Assembly: GCF_006345805.1 (NCBI RefSeq)
Contig: NC_043005.1
Coordinates: 1,488,001 to 1,552,000, forward strand
Direction of reading: 5' to 3'
Length of the DNA: 64,000 nucleotides
DNA from: Octopus sinensis
Taxonomy: Eukaryota
This document shows, piece after piece, positions 50,296 to 64,000 of this stretch (positions within the stretch are counted from its first letter, which is position 1; each line of letters opens with the position of its first letter). A program made the position numbers and the translations under genes. Under the pieces are notes generated by a model. The model saw only the letters and a list, made by a program, of their open reading frames with translations, had not been told where the DNA came from and made no database searches.

Positions 50296-52509
50296 GACAC
50301 ATCTCCACCAACCATAAAACATCTTGGCAGATCTTTGTAGACACCGTCACAGACATATGTGCAAAACACTCCCCACCAAGACCTGTGAACAAAAAGTGCA
50401 GAATCCCCCAAAACAGAAAAACCATTATCAGAAAAATAAAAAGAACAAACAAAAAAATTAACAAACTAAAGTACTGCTAACAGCAACACACACATTCGAC
50501 GGCTATCGCACTGCTTGAATCCAAAAAATATAACCTCAACAATGCATGAAGACCCTCATCAATAACCAAAGATCAGCTGAGGAGAAGTGGGCCATTGAAA
50601 AAATCAAACTCAACCCAAAGTGTTCTTTTCATTTGCGAGGAAACGCAGGGTCACTGTCTCCACTGTAGGCCCTCTAATTGACGAAACTGGCACTCTCCAA
50701 GATAATGCCAAATCCATGGCCGAGATACTGCAGAAACAATACTGCTCTGTTTTCAGCAATCCTGATATGGCCGATCTGGGCTGTATCAGTGATGTCAACC
50801 CCCAACACACTATATCGGACATAACGTTTAGTGCCCCTGATGTCTTAGCGGCGATAAACGAAATAAAACACAATTCAGCAGTAGGCCCCGATAGGTTCCC
50901 TGCTTGTGTCCTGAAGGTGTGTCGACACCAACTTGCATCTCCCCTTGCTAATCTGTGGAGAGAAACTCAGTGGATGCTGGCTATATTCCAAAAAACCTTC
51001 TGTCCCAATCTGTTTGCCCAGTTTTCAAAAAGGGAAACAAGTCCCTTGCAGTGAATTACCGTCTGATCTCACTCACCTCTCATATCATCAAGGTATTTGA
51101 GAGGGTGGTGAGATCTCGAATAACCCAATTTCTGGAAAGCAACAGACGGCTGATCTCCAACCAACATGGGTTCCGTAATGGAAGGGACTGCCTAACGCAG
51201 CTCCTGCATCACTTTGAGGACATTTTGAGAGCTTTGGGAGAGGGCTCCAACACCGATGTCATCTACCTTGATTTCAGTAAGGCCTTCGACAGGGTCGATC
51301 ACAAGATCCTATTGAAAAAACTATCCAACATTGGTGTCTCTGTAAAGTTACTGAAATGGATTAAGTGTTTCCTGACAGACAGATCTCAACATGTTGTAGT
51401 TGAAGGGGTAAAATCAAGCCCAGCCAAAGTCAGTAGTGGCGTTCCGCAAGGCACTGTGCTGGGCCCACTTCTTTTCATCATTTACATTAATGACATTAAT
51501 GACATCATCAAGCACAGCAACATAAAAATCTTTGCAGATGACTCCAAGCTACAGAAGGTCATAAATGAGGCGAGTGACCGGACATGCCTTCAGTCAGATC
51601 TACTGGCTGTTATCCAATGGGCAGAAAAAAACAATATGCTGCTGAACGAGGATAAATTTGAGCTAATCCACTTTGGAAAAGAGGATGCCCTGAAACTCCC
51701 ATACTCCCTTCCTTCAGGTGAAACTCTCGCGGCGTCCAACAACATCAGAGACTGGGAGTAATTGTGGACAACAACGTAAGCTGGGCCACTCATATAAACA
51801 CCAAAGTTGACATGGCCCGCAGAATGTGTTCCTGGATTCTCAGAACTTTCCAGTCGAGAGATATCCACACCATTATCCTTCTCTTCTCCACTTTTGCCCG
51901 ACCCCACCTTGAATACTGTTGTCCACTGTGGTCTCCCCACACAATACAAGGTATCATAAAAGTTGAAGCACCTCAAAGGGCAATCACAAAAAAGATAGAT
52001 GGCATGACAGGCCTCGACTATTGGGGTCGACTAGAAAAGCTAAAACTCTATTCTCTCCAACGTCGTCGTGAGCGCTACATCATCTGCATGATGTGGAAAA
52101 TATTCCATCAGCATTGCCCAAATGATGTTGGCATCACCTTTAAGGTACATCCAAGGCTTGGGCCCCGTGCCATCCGCCCCAAAAAAAAATCGCACTCTCA
52201 TCTCATAACAACAATACGGCACAATTATTTCACCTCAATTGGCCCCGCTCTCTTTAACATTACACCAAAACACATTAAAACAGAAACTGACCCTATAGGG
52301 TTCAAGAAGTCTTTGGACAGATTCCTTCAAGAAATCCCGGATAAACCCCCTACACCCGGATATGTCTCTGTAAACAATAACTCTCTACTTGAGTGGGCCA
52401 TAGTGCCCAAATTCTGACTTGAAAGACTTCACCAGGTGGTGCTATTAAGTTAGACATGGCCTGGGCCAATAATGGCCGAAACCTATCAAAGTATCAAAGT
52501 ATCAAAGTA
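50296..52509 (+). mobile_element. CR1/L2-group LINE (family Y), longer 5'-truncated copy with a (TATCAAAG)3 tail
   Basis: SAVGPD, NYRLISLTS, QHGFRNGRDC, YLDFSKAFDRV, GVPQGTVLGPLLF and FADD. Frameshifts near 50950 and 51752. Confidence 0.95.
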
Positions 52510-52510
52510 C

Positions 52511-52617
<107 letters not shown>

Positions 52618-52693
52618 CATATATATATACATACATACATATACATACATACATACATATATATATACATACATATATATATATACATACATA

Positions 52694-52780
<87 letters not shown>

Positions 52781-52782
52781 AC

Positions 52783-52815
<33 letters not shown>

Positions 52816-52920
52816 GTATATATATAACATATATATTACATACATATATATATACATACATACATATATATAATATTATATATACATACATATATATACA
52901 TATATATATATACATACATA

Positions 52921-52974
<54 letters not shown>

Positions 52975-53199
52975 CATACATACATATATATATATATATA
53001 ATATATATATACACATATATATGTATATACATATATGTACATATATAAATTAGGTGGGGGTTGAAACAACCATTTTTAAGGAAACTTATTCCACAATATG
53101 CAGTTTCAAATAGTATTTTAAATAAAATATATAAAAATTACGATTATGTGACCCCCACCCCATACCCCTTGCATATACCTCCCCACAATTAAATACTTT

Positions 53200-53665
53200 T
53201 GTTCTTTTACTTGCTTCAGTCATTTGACTGTGGCCATGCTGGAGCACTGCCTTTAGTTGAGCAAATTGACCCCAAGACTTATTCTTTGTAAGCCTAGTAC
53301 TTATTCTATCAGTCTCTTTTGCCGAACTACAAAGTTATGGGGACGTAAACATACCATCATCGGTTGTCAAGCGATGTTGCCAGGACATAAACACACCATC
53401 ATCGGTTGTCAAGCGATGTTGTGGGTACGTGAACACACCAGCATCGTTTGTCAAGTGATGCTGCGGGGACAAACACATAAATATACACACATACATACAT
53501 ATGATGGGCTTCTTTCAGTTTCTGTCTACCAAATCCACTCACAAGGTTTTGGTTGGCCGAGGCAATAGTAGAAGACACTTGCCCAAGGTGCCACTCAGTG
53601 GAACTGAACCTGTAAGCATGTGATTGGCAAGCAAGCTACTTACCACACAGCCACATCCTGCACTA
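53200..53665 (-). mobile_element. SINE family A copy with a triplicated ~42-bp internal unit
   Basis: Minus-strand head TGGCTGTGTGGTAAG...GGTTCAGTTCC. The unit ACACCA.CATCG.TTGTCAAG.GATG occurs three times at 53341-53465. 3' tail GGCAGTGCTCCAGCATGGCCACAGTCAAATGACTG. Confidence 0.8.
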
Positions 53666-53979
53666 ATTTTCAATAGTAATCATATAATCTCTGCCACATA
53701 TAAGCTAAATTGCTAATGGATATGAAACATTTGATCATATTTCACTGTAGAAACCTTGTTTAAAACATCTGATGAGGAAAAATAGCAAAAACATTGAGAT
53801 ATAAGACAATTGGTAGGTGGGCAACCCTCCAACATGGTAAAATTACAACTTTTCAACATGTGTTAAATGAATTTTTTTTAGGAAATTTATACATTTGTTA
53901 AATGAGTTTCTTTTGTTTTTCAGATTATTTCAGAGCAAAATTGTATAATTTTATAAAAATACCTACATAAATTTAAATT

Positions 53980-54610
53980 TCTAGCCAAAGACAAACCTCT
54001 GTACATGGCATTCATTGACATAGAGAAAGCCTTTGACAGGGTCCCCCGATCCCTTATGTGGTGGTCAATGCAGAAGCTAGGGATAAATGAGTGTTGGTGA
54101 GAGCTGTACAAGCCTTGTACAGGGACACTACGAGTAAGGTGAGGGTGGGCAATGAGTATAGTGAAGAATTCCAGGCAGAAGTAGGGGTTCACCAAGGGTT
54201 AGTCCTCAGCCCCCTACAAGCAATAACAGATAAATTCAAGACAAGCTGCCACTGGGAGCTCCTCTATAATGACCTTGCTCTAATAGCTGAGTCACTATCA
54301 GAACTAGAGGAGAAGTTTTAGGTGTGGAAGCAATGTATAGAATTGAAGGGCCTTAGAATCAATCTAGTAAAAACCAAAGTCCTAGTCAGTAGGAAGGCAG
54401 ACAAATCCCAAACCCATTCAGGTAGACGGCCCTGCTTGATCTGTAGAAAAGGCATAGGTAGAAACTCCTTAAGATGTACCTGGTGTAAGCTATGGACACA
54501 TAAGAGGTGCAACAATATCAAAGGAAAGTTAACTAGGAAGATAACTAGAAAGTTAACTAGGAAGTTTTTGTGTGTGGCAGATGATGTGCAGAAATCAGAT
54601 TCCATTACAT
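53980..54610 (+). mobile_element. Degraded RTE LINE RT fragment with PHD-like finger
   Basis: FIDIEKAFDRV, VGVHQGLVLSP and PCLICRKGIGRNSLRCTWCKLWTHKRC. Confidence 0.88.
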
Positions 54611-55379
54611 GCCCGAAGTAGGGGTTAGTAGTTTAGACTTGTTGGTAGATGATACAACTCTGTTTAGATTCAAATAAACAGAACTCAACTTCAGCATCTC
54701 AGAATCGTCTTGTTAAAACTACACTCTATTTTGTTTTGCTTTCACTGGATTACAAGGGACAATTAAGGATGCTAATAGTCAAAATAATATTCCTTAACCA
54801 TGATTTCTTTTATTTGCCACAAGGGCAATAGCTGAGGGGAGGACAAATAACAAAAAGAAAACAGAGAGTGGGGTGCAGAACTGAATATGTAAAAACAAAG
54901 AAAGAAAACCATATTAATCAAAAAGAATGGGTAAAATATTCCAATTGGAATATTTTTGGTTTTATAGGTGCATTTTTAGGAGTCACCATGGAATGGGGGA
55001 AAGACTTCTTGCAAAACATAAACAAGAGAATTGAAGTAAGAGGAATTTATGAATGGAGAGCATGGTGTATCTCTCCAACAAGTTTTAAACAAAATCAAGG
55101 GACAAATATAGGTTAGAACATGTAATGACATATATAAGAAGGAATCTCTGATTTTCAAAACTCTGATTTAGTTCTGTGGATCATGATGAAAACGTTTGAG
55201 TAGTTCACTTCAGTTGTAGTTTATGAAAGGAAACCTTGATCAACAACAACAACAACACAAACCACAAGAACAATAACAACAACATGACAAGTGAGAAAGA
55301 AGTTTTAATGAAAGTCATGACAATAATGTTAGTCTTACTGATGAACACTGCTCCCATGACTTTCGGAAACATTCTTTCA

Positions 55380-55541
55380 CGCTCAGAGTTGCTGAAGCAT
55401 AGAATAAACTGCCTGCGTCAGTTGTTGACTGCCATGACACTGCATCCTTTAAGGCCCTCATGCTTTCCGAAATCCGCCGAAACTTCACCTGATTATATAT
55501 ACACTTTAGATGAGTTGTAGTGCACCTGAGCACTGTACACA

Positions 55542-55575
<34 letters not shown>
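55380..55575 (+). mobile_element. Probable LINE 3' end with (ATT)n tail
   Basis: A relatively GC-rich segment ending GCACTGTACACA followed directly by (ATT)n. No diagnostic protein motif recognised. Confidence 0.4.
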
Positions 55576-55576
<1 letters not shown>

Positions 55577-58496
55577 ATAAATATAATTGTTTTTATTTTG
55601 AGGAGAAAATTTGGGGAATGTTAGAACCAGTTTCATTTCCACTTGAAGACTCAACAGGGAATGATTAACCAGTGAGTTTTGATTTATGATCAATATAGAT
55701 AACTATTAGCTATTGGTCTATTTGTCGGCATAGAATGTGGTCACTTGTTCTTCGGTGAGTCTCCACATTCATATGAAATTAGGATGAAAGTTATTTTTGC
55801 TGAGAGAGAGATAGAAATATTTGCTTACATAGGTTTTCACTAAATACAGCAAAGCTGCAAAATCTGTCAGAGTTAAAACTCAGATTATTCAATAAATGCT
55901 GAGCAGAGCATGGTTAATTAACAAGGATATCAATAAAAATAATAATATTAACAACATCCTCAACAGTTATAGCAATTAACAGCTCAAACGAGCTCACAAT
56001 CAGCATCAGTTGGGAAACTTGGAATTAAAAAAAAAATATATAAAAAAAGTTTTCACTTGGCTGAGTATACCAGATCGTGTTGAAATCATCAGCATGGGTT
56101 TGATTGGTTTGTGTCAAGCCATAGTTGTGCATTATCAGTGCTGACAAAGTCTAGACACAAACAACAATAACAACACATCAATAAATCCATAGACATCGTT
56201 CTTACTAATGAAGTCCAACCTAGATTTCTTTGCAGGAATCAAATAAATAAACAGCTCGTTCATTTGTTACAGTGGAAACCACTGCTAAAGATTGTATATA
56301 TTGATTTTTCTCTCTCTGGTCTAATTATCTATGAAACGAGGGGAAAAAAATGAAGCTAACATCAGCCTCACTCCAGCCCCAGCCACATTTATTGATAAAC
56401 ATCACCAGTGAAACTCTGCTCACCACTCAATACATAAGAAGTGGTCAATCTAACCAACAATACCTGAGAGCTCTGACTAATTGCATTTCATGAGAAGGTA
56501 ATGTTCTCACTATCAACACCAGCTGGACATTTGCCATTAATGAGAAAATCAATTATACATTATATCTACATTATATACACATGCATACACTCACTCAAAC
56601 ATGCAGAGACACAGGGGTCAGTGAACACAACTGAAATCTATGTGAGTGTCCGAAATGTCAAGGAATGGGAGATATCTCTGGACTTTATGATAATATTTCT
56701 GTACTTTAAGGAAATATCTCTGTACTTTGGGGGAGATATCTCAGCACTTTAGTGAGACACTCATAATAAATCATGTTGAGTCTTGGAAGGGTCATTATGC
56801 CAATAATTATAACAACACATACACTGGTTCAATTTCATTTCTTTAGTGTTAGTGAATTGGTTAAATATTAAATAGGGAGGCAGATGAATGTACACACACA
56901 CACACATACTCTTTGTTTACTCTTACCCTTTCTTTCTCTTGTAAACAACCACACATCTACATACACACAGGCATTAGACTAATTCTGAGACAGACTCAAA
57001 GCAGACCTTGAAGAGAGACAGTAGGTCATTGATGAGGCCAAGAATAGCGATGAAAGGAGGACTTTAACAAACAAACATCTGATTTAATCAACACATTAAA
57101 CAAATGATTGATTAGTTGGGCAATTAGATTTATCACTGATTGACTAACAATAAAGAAGTGATATTGAACCAGTGCATGTTTTTATTGTGTGATGACCCTC
57201 CCAAGACAAGATTTATTCAACAGACAAATTTACATCAAGAATCTTGCAAACCAAACACAAAAATGTCATAGAAGACCAATTCAAGCAAAGATTCAGACAG
57301 AGATTATTGTCGTTACCAACAATAACAATATCCTATTTTATCCTGCCTTGTTGTTATAATTAGAAAGGGTGCAATGAGGACCCAAACTTTGGCAATACCA
57401 ACTTTTAACAAATTGTTAACTCACAAATTAACCCTTTCTATGTTTTGTGCCAAGACTAATGAGACGATTCTGGTAAGAGCTGAACTTAGTTTTAAGGCAT
57501 TTCAGAGCTGAATCACCAATTTCTTTCTTAAGTTCTTTAGGAAATACCAATGTAGGTCTATCAGTAAGACCATTGTTGATCTGACAAACAAATTTCATAT
57601 TTTCCTCACCTCAGATACATTTTTCAACTGTTGTGATTAATTAAAAATATTACAAGGCTGTTTTTTATTGCAAGCATTTGAACCGGGTCTGGAGCATGAC
57701 GATAGCTTCTTGAAAGACCAGAGTCACAGAGGCCCTGAAAAGTGCCAGAGGCATTGTCTTTTTCTCCTGAGGAGTTGAGGACAGACAGACAATTGTGCTG
57801 GTATCAATGTGTAATGTGGGAAGGGATGCTGAGTGAAGAACAGTGTTGACTAATGACAAATAAGGGTTTGTAAAGTAAAGTAAAGAAGATTTGCATAGCA
57901 GAAGAAACTTAAAACAGCTGGCTCTTTACATAAACCACACAAGATTGAGTCAGAAGAGGAGAAAGGACCACAGATCGATTTCAACCCCATCACAGAAGCA
58001 AGCTAATGAGGGGCTCCATGTGAGGGGGTCACACAACTTGCTAAAAGTAACAAGTAAATCTCCTTTAAGTTACACCCTAATGTCTTAAAAAGGAAAAGAC
58101 ACCGTATACATACACTGTGTCAAGAAGAATTGGAATGAACAGGGCCAGAACACTTTTGGTCACAGGTTTTCTCAACTGGGGTTGACTTTGAGTTAAAAGA
58201 AAGAAACAAAAGGATGAAAAAGCAGCTTTAAATTGCTAATGGATATGTTAGCAACACTGAATGTGTGTGGTGTGTGTGTACTTACACCCCAACACATATT
58301 TGTATGTGTGTGATACAAACTCTCTCTCTCTCTCGTGTGTGTGTGTGTGTGTGTGTGTAAAGTCTTTATTGTTTATCTCTAAACTGTTCACTGATGCATT
58401 AAATGGACAATCAGTGAACAGGCTGCAGATGTCTGATGTAATGTTTTCAGAGTAACACATAGCAAAACACCAGTGGTCCAATACAATCTATGAATG

Positions 58497-58534
<38 letters not shown>

Positions 58535-58784
58535 TGAGAGAGAGAGAGAGAGGTAATTGAAGCAAAAGTTGTGACCTGGGCAACAGGCTGGAAAAAGCAT
58601 TAAATATTATTACAAAGAAACTCAGCACAGAGTCTTTTTTCGGTTTCTATTTGTTTTGTTTATTAATAGTAAACTGTGACTAACCCAAATATAATAAACA
58701 AACATTTCTATGTTTAATATCAAAATTGCTTGGTCATAGCAAAGAAAACAACAATTTGTAGGTATTTCATTGAAATTATAATTC

Positions 58785-58967
58785 ATCATCATCACTTAAC
58801 GTCCGCTTTCCATGCTGGCATGGGTTGGACGGTTTGACTGAAAACTGGTAAGCTGGGGAGCTGCACCAGGTCCCAATCTGATTTGGCAAGGTTTCTACAG
58901 CTGGATGCCCTTCCTAATGCCAACCACTTCAAGAGTGTAATGGGTACTTTTTACGTGCCACTGGCAT
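58785..58967 (-). mobile_element. RTE LINE 3' end fragment
   Basis: CATCATCAC TTAACGTCCGCTTTCCATGCTGGCATGGGTTGGACGG...TTTTACGTGCCACTGGCA. Confidence 0.88.
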
Positions 58968-59489
58968 CAGCCATGACTTCTCTTGGTAAATGTTGAATGT
59001 CACAAAATCTTCTCTCTTCCCTTTACAAATCTAAAATCATTTATCAAAGCAAGAAATCAATATTATCAATATTGAACAAATTGAAAGTGACGGTGATGGT
59101 GATGGTGGTGGCACAGATGGCTGGCTTTAAGGTTCTCTCCAGACCAGAAAGCTATCTAACACCTACAATCTGGCCACCTGACTTGCTGCTGCTCAGACAG
59201 CATTCCTGCCTCCCACCCCACACCCCACACCCATTCTGTATTATGCTTTGCTCTGTAACCCCCATCACCACCACCCTACTGTTATTTAATTGTCCTCACC
59301 TTTTCTTTGTAAGATGTACTTCAACCATTTCCTTTTGCTTCCTATCCTTTTACAAACAACAACGACATCCCTTCCGACAAACGGGACTCCAGAAGAAGCC
59401 ATGGCACCTAACTTAAAATGGCTGCTTTGCTATTCACTGACCACAAAAGCTGTTTTGTCTCTAACAAATAGAAAGCATGGATACTGCTT

Positions 59490-59695
59490 TCAACTTTTGA
59501 CGCAAGGCCAGTAATTTGGGGGTAAATTTGATTGCATTGACCTCAGTGCGCAGCTGGTACTTATTTTATCAACCCCAAAAAGATGAAAGTTAAAGCTGAC
59601 CTCAATGGGATTTGAACTCAGAACATAAACACAGGTGAAATTCCGCTAAGCTTTTTGCCCAGTACGCTAACGATCCTGCAAGCTCGCTGTCTGGA
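59490..59695 (-). mobile_element. SINE family C copy
   Basis: Minus strand reads GAGTTCAAATCCC...CTTTCATCTTTTTGGGGTTGATAAAATAAGTACCAG...CCCCCAAATTACTGGCCTTG. Confidence 0.75.
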
Positions 59696-60052
59696 GAAAA
59701 CATGGATATATACTAATTAGTGTAATGAAGGGATTGTGGGAAATTGATGAAGAAACCCTGTGGGGGTAGATTAATGAAGGGCTGTTGTGGGGATTGACTA
59801 ATTAACTAATTACAATTTTAAAGTATTTAATCTTTTGATAATGGAGTTGGATATTGTCTTTTAATAATTTTTCAGTTTGACAAAATAAGTACCAGTAATA
59901 TAATGAGATGAATTAATTCTGGCTGAGAAAATAATTGGTCTGTACTTCTTTGAGAAAATTTCTGAATAAAAAGAAAGAAAAGCATTGATAACAAAAAACA
60001 CATAAAAACAGAAACACCTGCTGAAAAGTATACATAAAGAGTACAAGCATAT

Positions 60053-60100
<48 letters not shown>

Positions 60101-60663
60101 GTATCTACTTGCATACATATATATAAACACACATACCAATCTGCATACATAGGGACACAAACACACCTGTATAATACACACCTAGATACAATAAACCCCT
60201 CTACCTACATATACACACACCTACCTTCCTACTTACCTATATATATATACATATACAACCACCCACCGACCTACATACATTCATCTATGCACACCCCCTC
60301 CTACTTACCTACTTATACACACACACCTTGTATCTACCTAGGAAACACCTCCCTACCTCTCCCCAACCACAGACAAGCAGCCAGTTTGTCTTTAACTTTT
60401 CAGGTGACTCACAAGATTTTTTACCACAACTGCTCCACTTCTGCCTCCACCCAACCTCTTCCACAACTTGGAAGGGAGGGGGAGGAGAAGAACCAGAACT
60501 ATTTATTTACAATACTTTTAGCTCTCTCTCCTTCTCTCACATACTTTATATATACTTATGTATGTATGTATGTATATCTTTCACACACTCTCTCATACTC
60601 TCTCTTTCATGAACACACACATATTCTATATTTCTCTTGCACACACACACACATCATTTCATT

Positions 60664-60702
<39 letters not shown>

Positions 60703-61977
60703 GGTGTCATTTACAACTGTTATCATGGGTGACCTTGACCATGTCACCACCACCACCACCACCACCAACACTGCTGCTGTTACTGCCACCACTACCACCA
60801 ATGGAGAAAGGAATTTTTACATTGAAAGAGAGAGAGTGGGGGAGGGGGCAGGAAAGAAACAGGGTAAAAGGGAGATAAAACGAGAAAGGGTGGGGAGAGC
60901 AAATATGAGAAGTGGAAAGGAAGGAAAAATAGAAGAGAGAGAGAGAGAGAGAGGTAGTATGGAGAATCCTTATCAATAAGTGTAATGAAATGGCTTGTCA
61001 CTGATAAAGCAAACACACACACAGTTAATTGCTTCATAATCCACAATGATCCATAGAAATGGGACTTTGTTCCAGTTTAAGGAATTGAAAACAGTTTAGC
61101 ACAACACAACAATAAGGATCTGTGTTTGATGACAGCAGATAAAATTAATTATATTTATCCCCCCCACCCCACTATTATCATCCTACGACGGGGAGGGGGG
61201 GCAGAGTGAGACACATGGAATTATATTCCTTAACGAGAAAACTCTGAGTTGATATCCACAGGCTCAACCCTTTCGTCTTAAACATTAAGAATCAAGATGG
61301 TGTGTATGGAGGGAGGTATCACTGTTCAAACATTGATGATGATAGGGTGGAAAATGGAGTTAAGGAGTTTGTAAGGATTTTTTTCTAGTTTTACACTTTT
61401 GTCAAGAGGATAGGAAGAGCAGTGTTGATGACCTTTTAGGGTAGTGACCCCTCTGAAATTGGTCAGTGACATAGTTGATGTTCAGTTTGGGTGTTTATAA
61501 GGGAACGTATGCAGAGAAAATATGGTTGGGAAGAGGATCCCAGAGAAATGTCTTGTAGAATGGGAAGTTGGAAAAGGCTTCTACAAGACACAAGAAGTTT
61601 TCTGGAAAAACTCTCGTACCTTATTTGAGGCAGTGTTCGACGTATAAGGTCAAGAATGGCAAGATGTAGTCTGTCTGGTGCACATAACCAATAATCTCTT
61701 GCAGGCGCCAAAACTAGTAAAAGGTTTTATGTTTGTCCAACTTTTAATCTGGTTACCCTCTATGGTTGTTGGGTTCAGACACCAACCCCCATTATATAAC
61801 TGGAGCTGCTGAGGACACAATAGTCCTTTGTCCTAGAAACAAGTTTTAACTCTAAGGAGTACTTCACTCCTTAATGGTGGCCTCCCATGTCACAGAGTAT
61901 ATTTAGAACTTGTGAAGTTGCTCAGACGTTTCATTATTTCATAAATTATATAAATTTATATTTCCTATGTCTCTTCA

Positions 61978-62160
61978 GGGGCTCAGCTGATGGAATCGTT
62001 AGCACTCTGAACAAAATGCTTTACAGCATTTCATCTGCTCTACATGTTCTGAGTTCCAATTCCACTAAGGTTGCCTTTCATGGTTGATAAAATAAAGTAC
62101 CAATCAAGTAGACCCCCACCCACTGCAAAATTTCTGGTCCTGTGCTTACAACAGAAAGGA
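61978..62160 (+). mobile_element. SINE family C copy
   Basis: GGAATCGTTAGCA...GTTCTGAGTTCCAATTCC...GCCTTTCATGGTTGATAAAATAAAGTACC. Confidence 0.7.
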
Positions 62161-62499
62161 TTAATTTATAAATTAAATCATTTTATTTTGATAGATACTA
62201 GCAAAGGAGAGAGAAATAGAGAGGGGGGGGAGATAAAGAGGAGGAAGGGGAAGAGTTATGTGAAACTAATTCAGCCACACAACCATTCTACAAGAAATAG
62301 CAGCAAAATTTCCCATAAATCACACCATGCTGTCTTACAGGAAAGAAAGAAGGCAGCAGAGAATGTAGTCGTAGACAATCTATAGCAGACCAGAAGCCAC
62401 AATGGTCCCCATAGCTGGAACAGTTTTGAACACAGATCTGCTTGATCAAAGCTATCATCAGCTACAACCTAGCTTAGCTTAGGCGTGTGTGTGTGTGTG

Positions 62500-62535
<36 letters not shown>

Positions 62536-62825
62536 CTATAATATAATAGAGCTCTTGCTTCACAACAAACATGTAATGATTTCAATCCAGGCTGAAGGTA
62601 TTATTACCATTTTCAATGTAATTCTGATCAGGTCGTCTCTGGTTTTTGTGCAACTTGATCGATTTATACAGGAGAAACTTCTTCATTTTGAGAATAAAAG
62701 ATATTTAGACAAGTTTATATATATTAAAGTTAATTTGATTTAATAAACAGTGTGTTTGTTACATGTTCTGAAATTAATTTTGCTCCAACATGTGGTCTAA
62801 ATACCATTATATATAATATGTGAGG

Positions 62826-63110
62826 GTGCATAGCCTAGTGTTGTACTTGTGATTGTGAGACTATGGTTTCAATACCTGGAACGGGCGGTACAGTGTGTTC
62901 TTGAGCAAGACACTTCACCTCCCACTGCTCTGCCATCACATTGACACCTGATACGTGTTACTCTGAGCACCTGTTCAGGCAACATCCATTTGATAGAGGA
63001 AGTGAGCTAATGTACAGTACACACATCTGATCACTAGAAAGAAATCATTTGAGCAGGTTGCTCAACAAATGCTCAACACTCATATGTCATCTGCGACAGG
63101 AGAGTCCATC
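62826..63110 (+). mobile_element. tRNA-derived SINE (family B-like head)
   Basis: TAGCCTAGTG...GTTTCAATACC...GTGTTCTTGAGCAAGACACTT. Confidence 0.6.
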
Positions 63111-63219
63111 GTATATATTTACCATCACCACCATATTATATATATCACCATATTATATATATCACCATATTATATATATCAACATATTATATATAACTAT
63201 ATATAAAGATATCAATAAC

Positions 63220-63590
63220 ACCATCCGAGCGTGATCATTGTGATTGTTGCCAGAGCAGCCAACTGGCTTCCGTACCCATGGCACGTAAAAGGGCACCATT
63301 CGAGCGTGATCATTACCAATGTCGCTTCACTGGCATCTGTGTTGGTGGCACGTGTAAAAAGATTTGAGTGAGGTCATTGCCAGTACTGCCTGACTGGCCC
63401 CCATGCAGGTGGCATGTAAAAAGCACCCACTACACTCTCGGAGTGGTTGGCGTTAGGAAGGGCATCCAGCTGTAGAAACTCTGCCAGATCAAGACTGGAG
63501 CCTGGTGCAGCCATCTGGTTGCCAACCCTCAGTCAAAACCGTCCAACCCATGCTAGCATGGAAAACGGACGTTAAACGATGATGATGATG

Positions 63591-63593
<3 letters not shown>
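63220..63593 (+). mobile_element. RTE LINE 3' UTR fragment (3 hairpin units plus terminus)
   Basis: Co-linear with 1700-2122. (GAT)n tail. Confidence 0.9.
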
Positions 63594-63626
<33 letters not shown>

Positions 63627-63857
63627 TAAAGATATCAACTGGTAAAATAAATATATTCATCTCCTACTTGCTCACTTTCCATTCTGTCCCCTCCTCATGA
63701 AATAATCCTCACTGATTGGATTTGTGGTTTCATAGGACTCTATTTCATGCCCCTATGTATTGGTCTACAATATGCTTTGTAGCCTGGTCCACTAAAGGAG
63801 CTGCTTTGAGATTAGCACCAGATTAGATTAAATTCATACATGGTACATTTATATATA

Positions 63858-63906
<49 letters not shown>

Positions 63907-64000
63907 TTATATACTTTTATATATAGAAGTGCAAAGACAAGAGAATAAGTCCAAATCTCCTGCCATGTAATCAAAGCTAACGAGCCAATGTTTTTGTTTT

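Noticed and set aside
60287-60979. 230-aa ORF as a possible host exon
   Set aside because: Built from CA/CT/ACC/GA simple repeats with no recognisable domain.

Overview
This is AT-rich, microsatellite-rich animal DNA with no host protein-coding exon that I can support. The repeat families look like those of a coleoid cephalopod, probably Octopus (inference from recalled repeat families, not a search). Most ORF-track entries are microsatellite artefacts or transposon fragments. The window holds: (1) a 5'-truncated Penelope-like retroelement (RT + GIY-YIG, Naiad-like) at ~7720-11915, inserted in (TA)n, with a ~500-bp inverted pseudo-LTR and a type I hammerhead ribozyme in each pLTR copy; (2) about a dozen copies or fragments of an RTE-clade LINE whose RT carries an inserted PHD-like finger and whose 3' UTR is a variable array of stem-loop units ending in (GAT)n; (3) CR1/L2-group LINEs, including a near-identical inverted pair inside a TATACA microsatellite; (4) an R4/Dong-like RLE LINE remnant; (5) Tc1, mariner, hAT-MITE and Helitron remnants; (6) several tRNA-derived SINE families. 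The best candidates for unusual biology are the long-stem-II hammerhead in the Penelope-like element, the PHD-bearing RTE with its hairpin array, and a structurally conserved 3' stem-loop shared by two LINE families and a SINE. All were read by eye, and novelty was not checked against databases.
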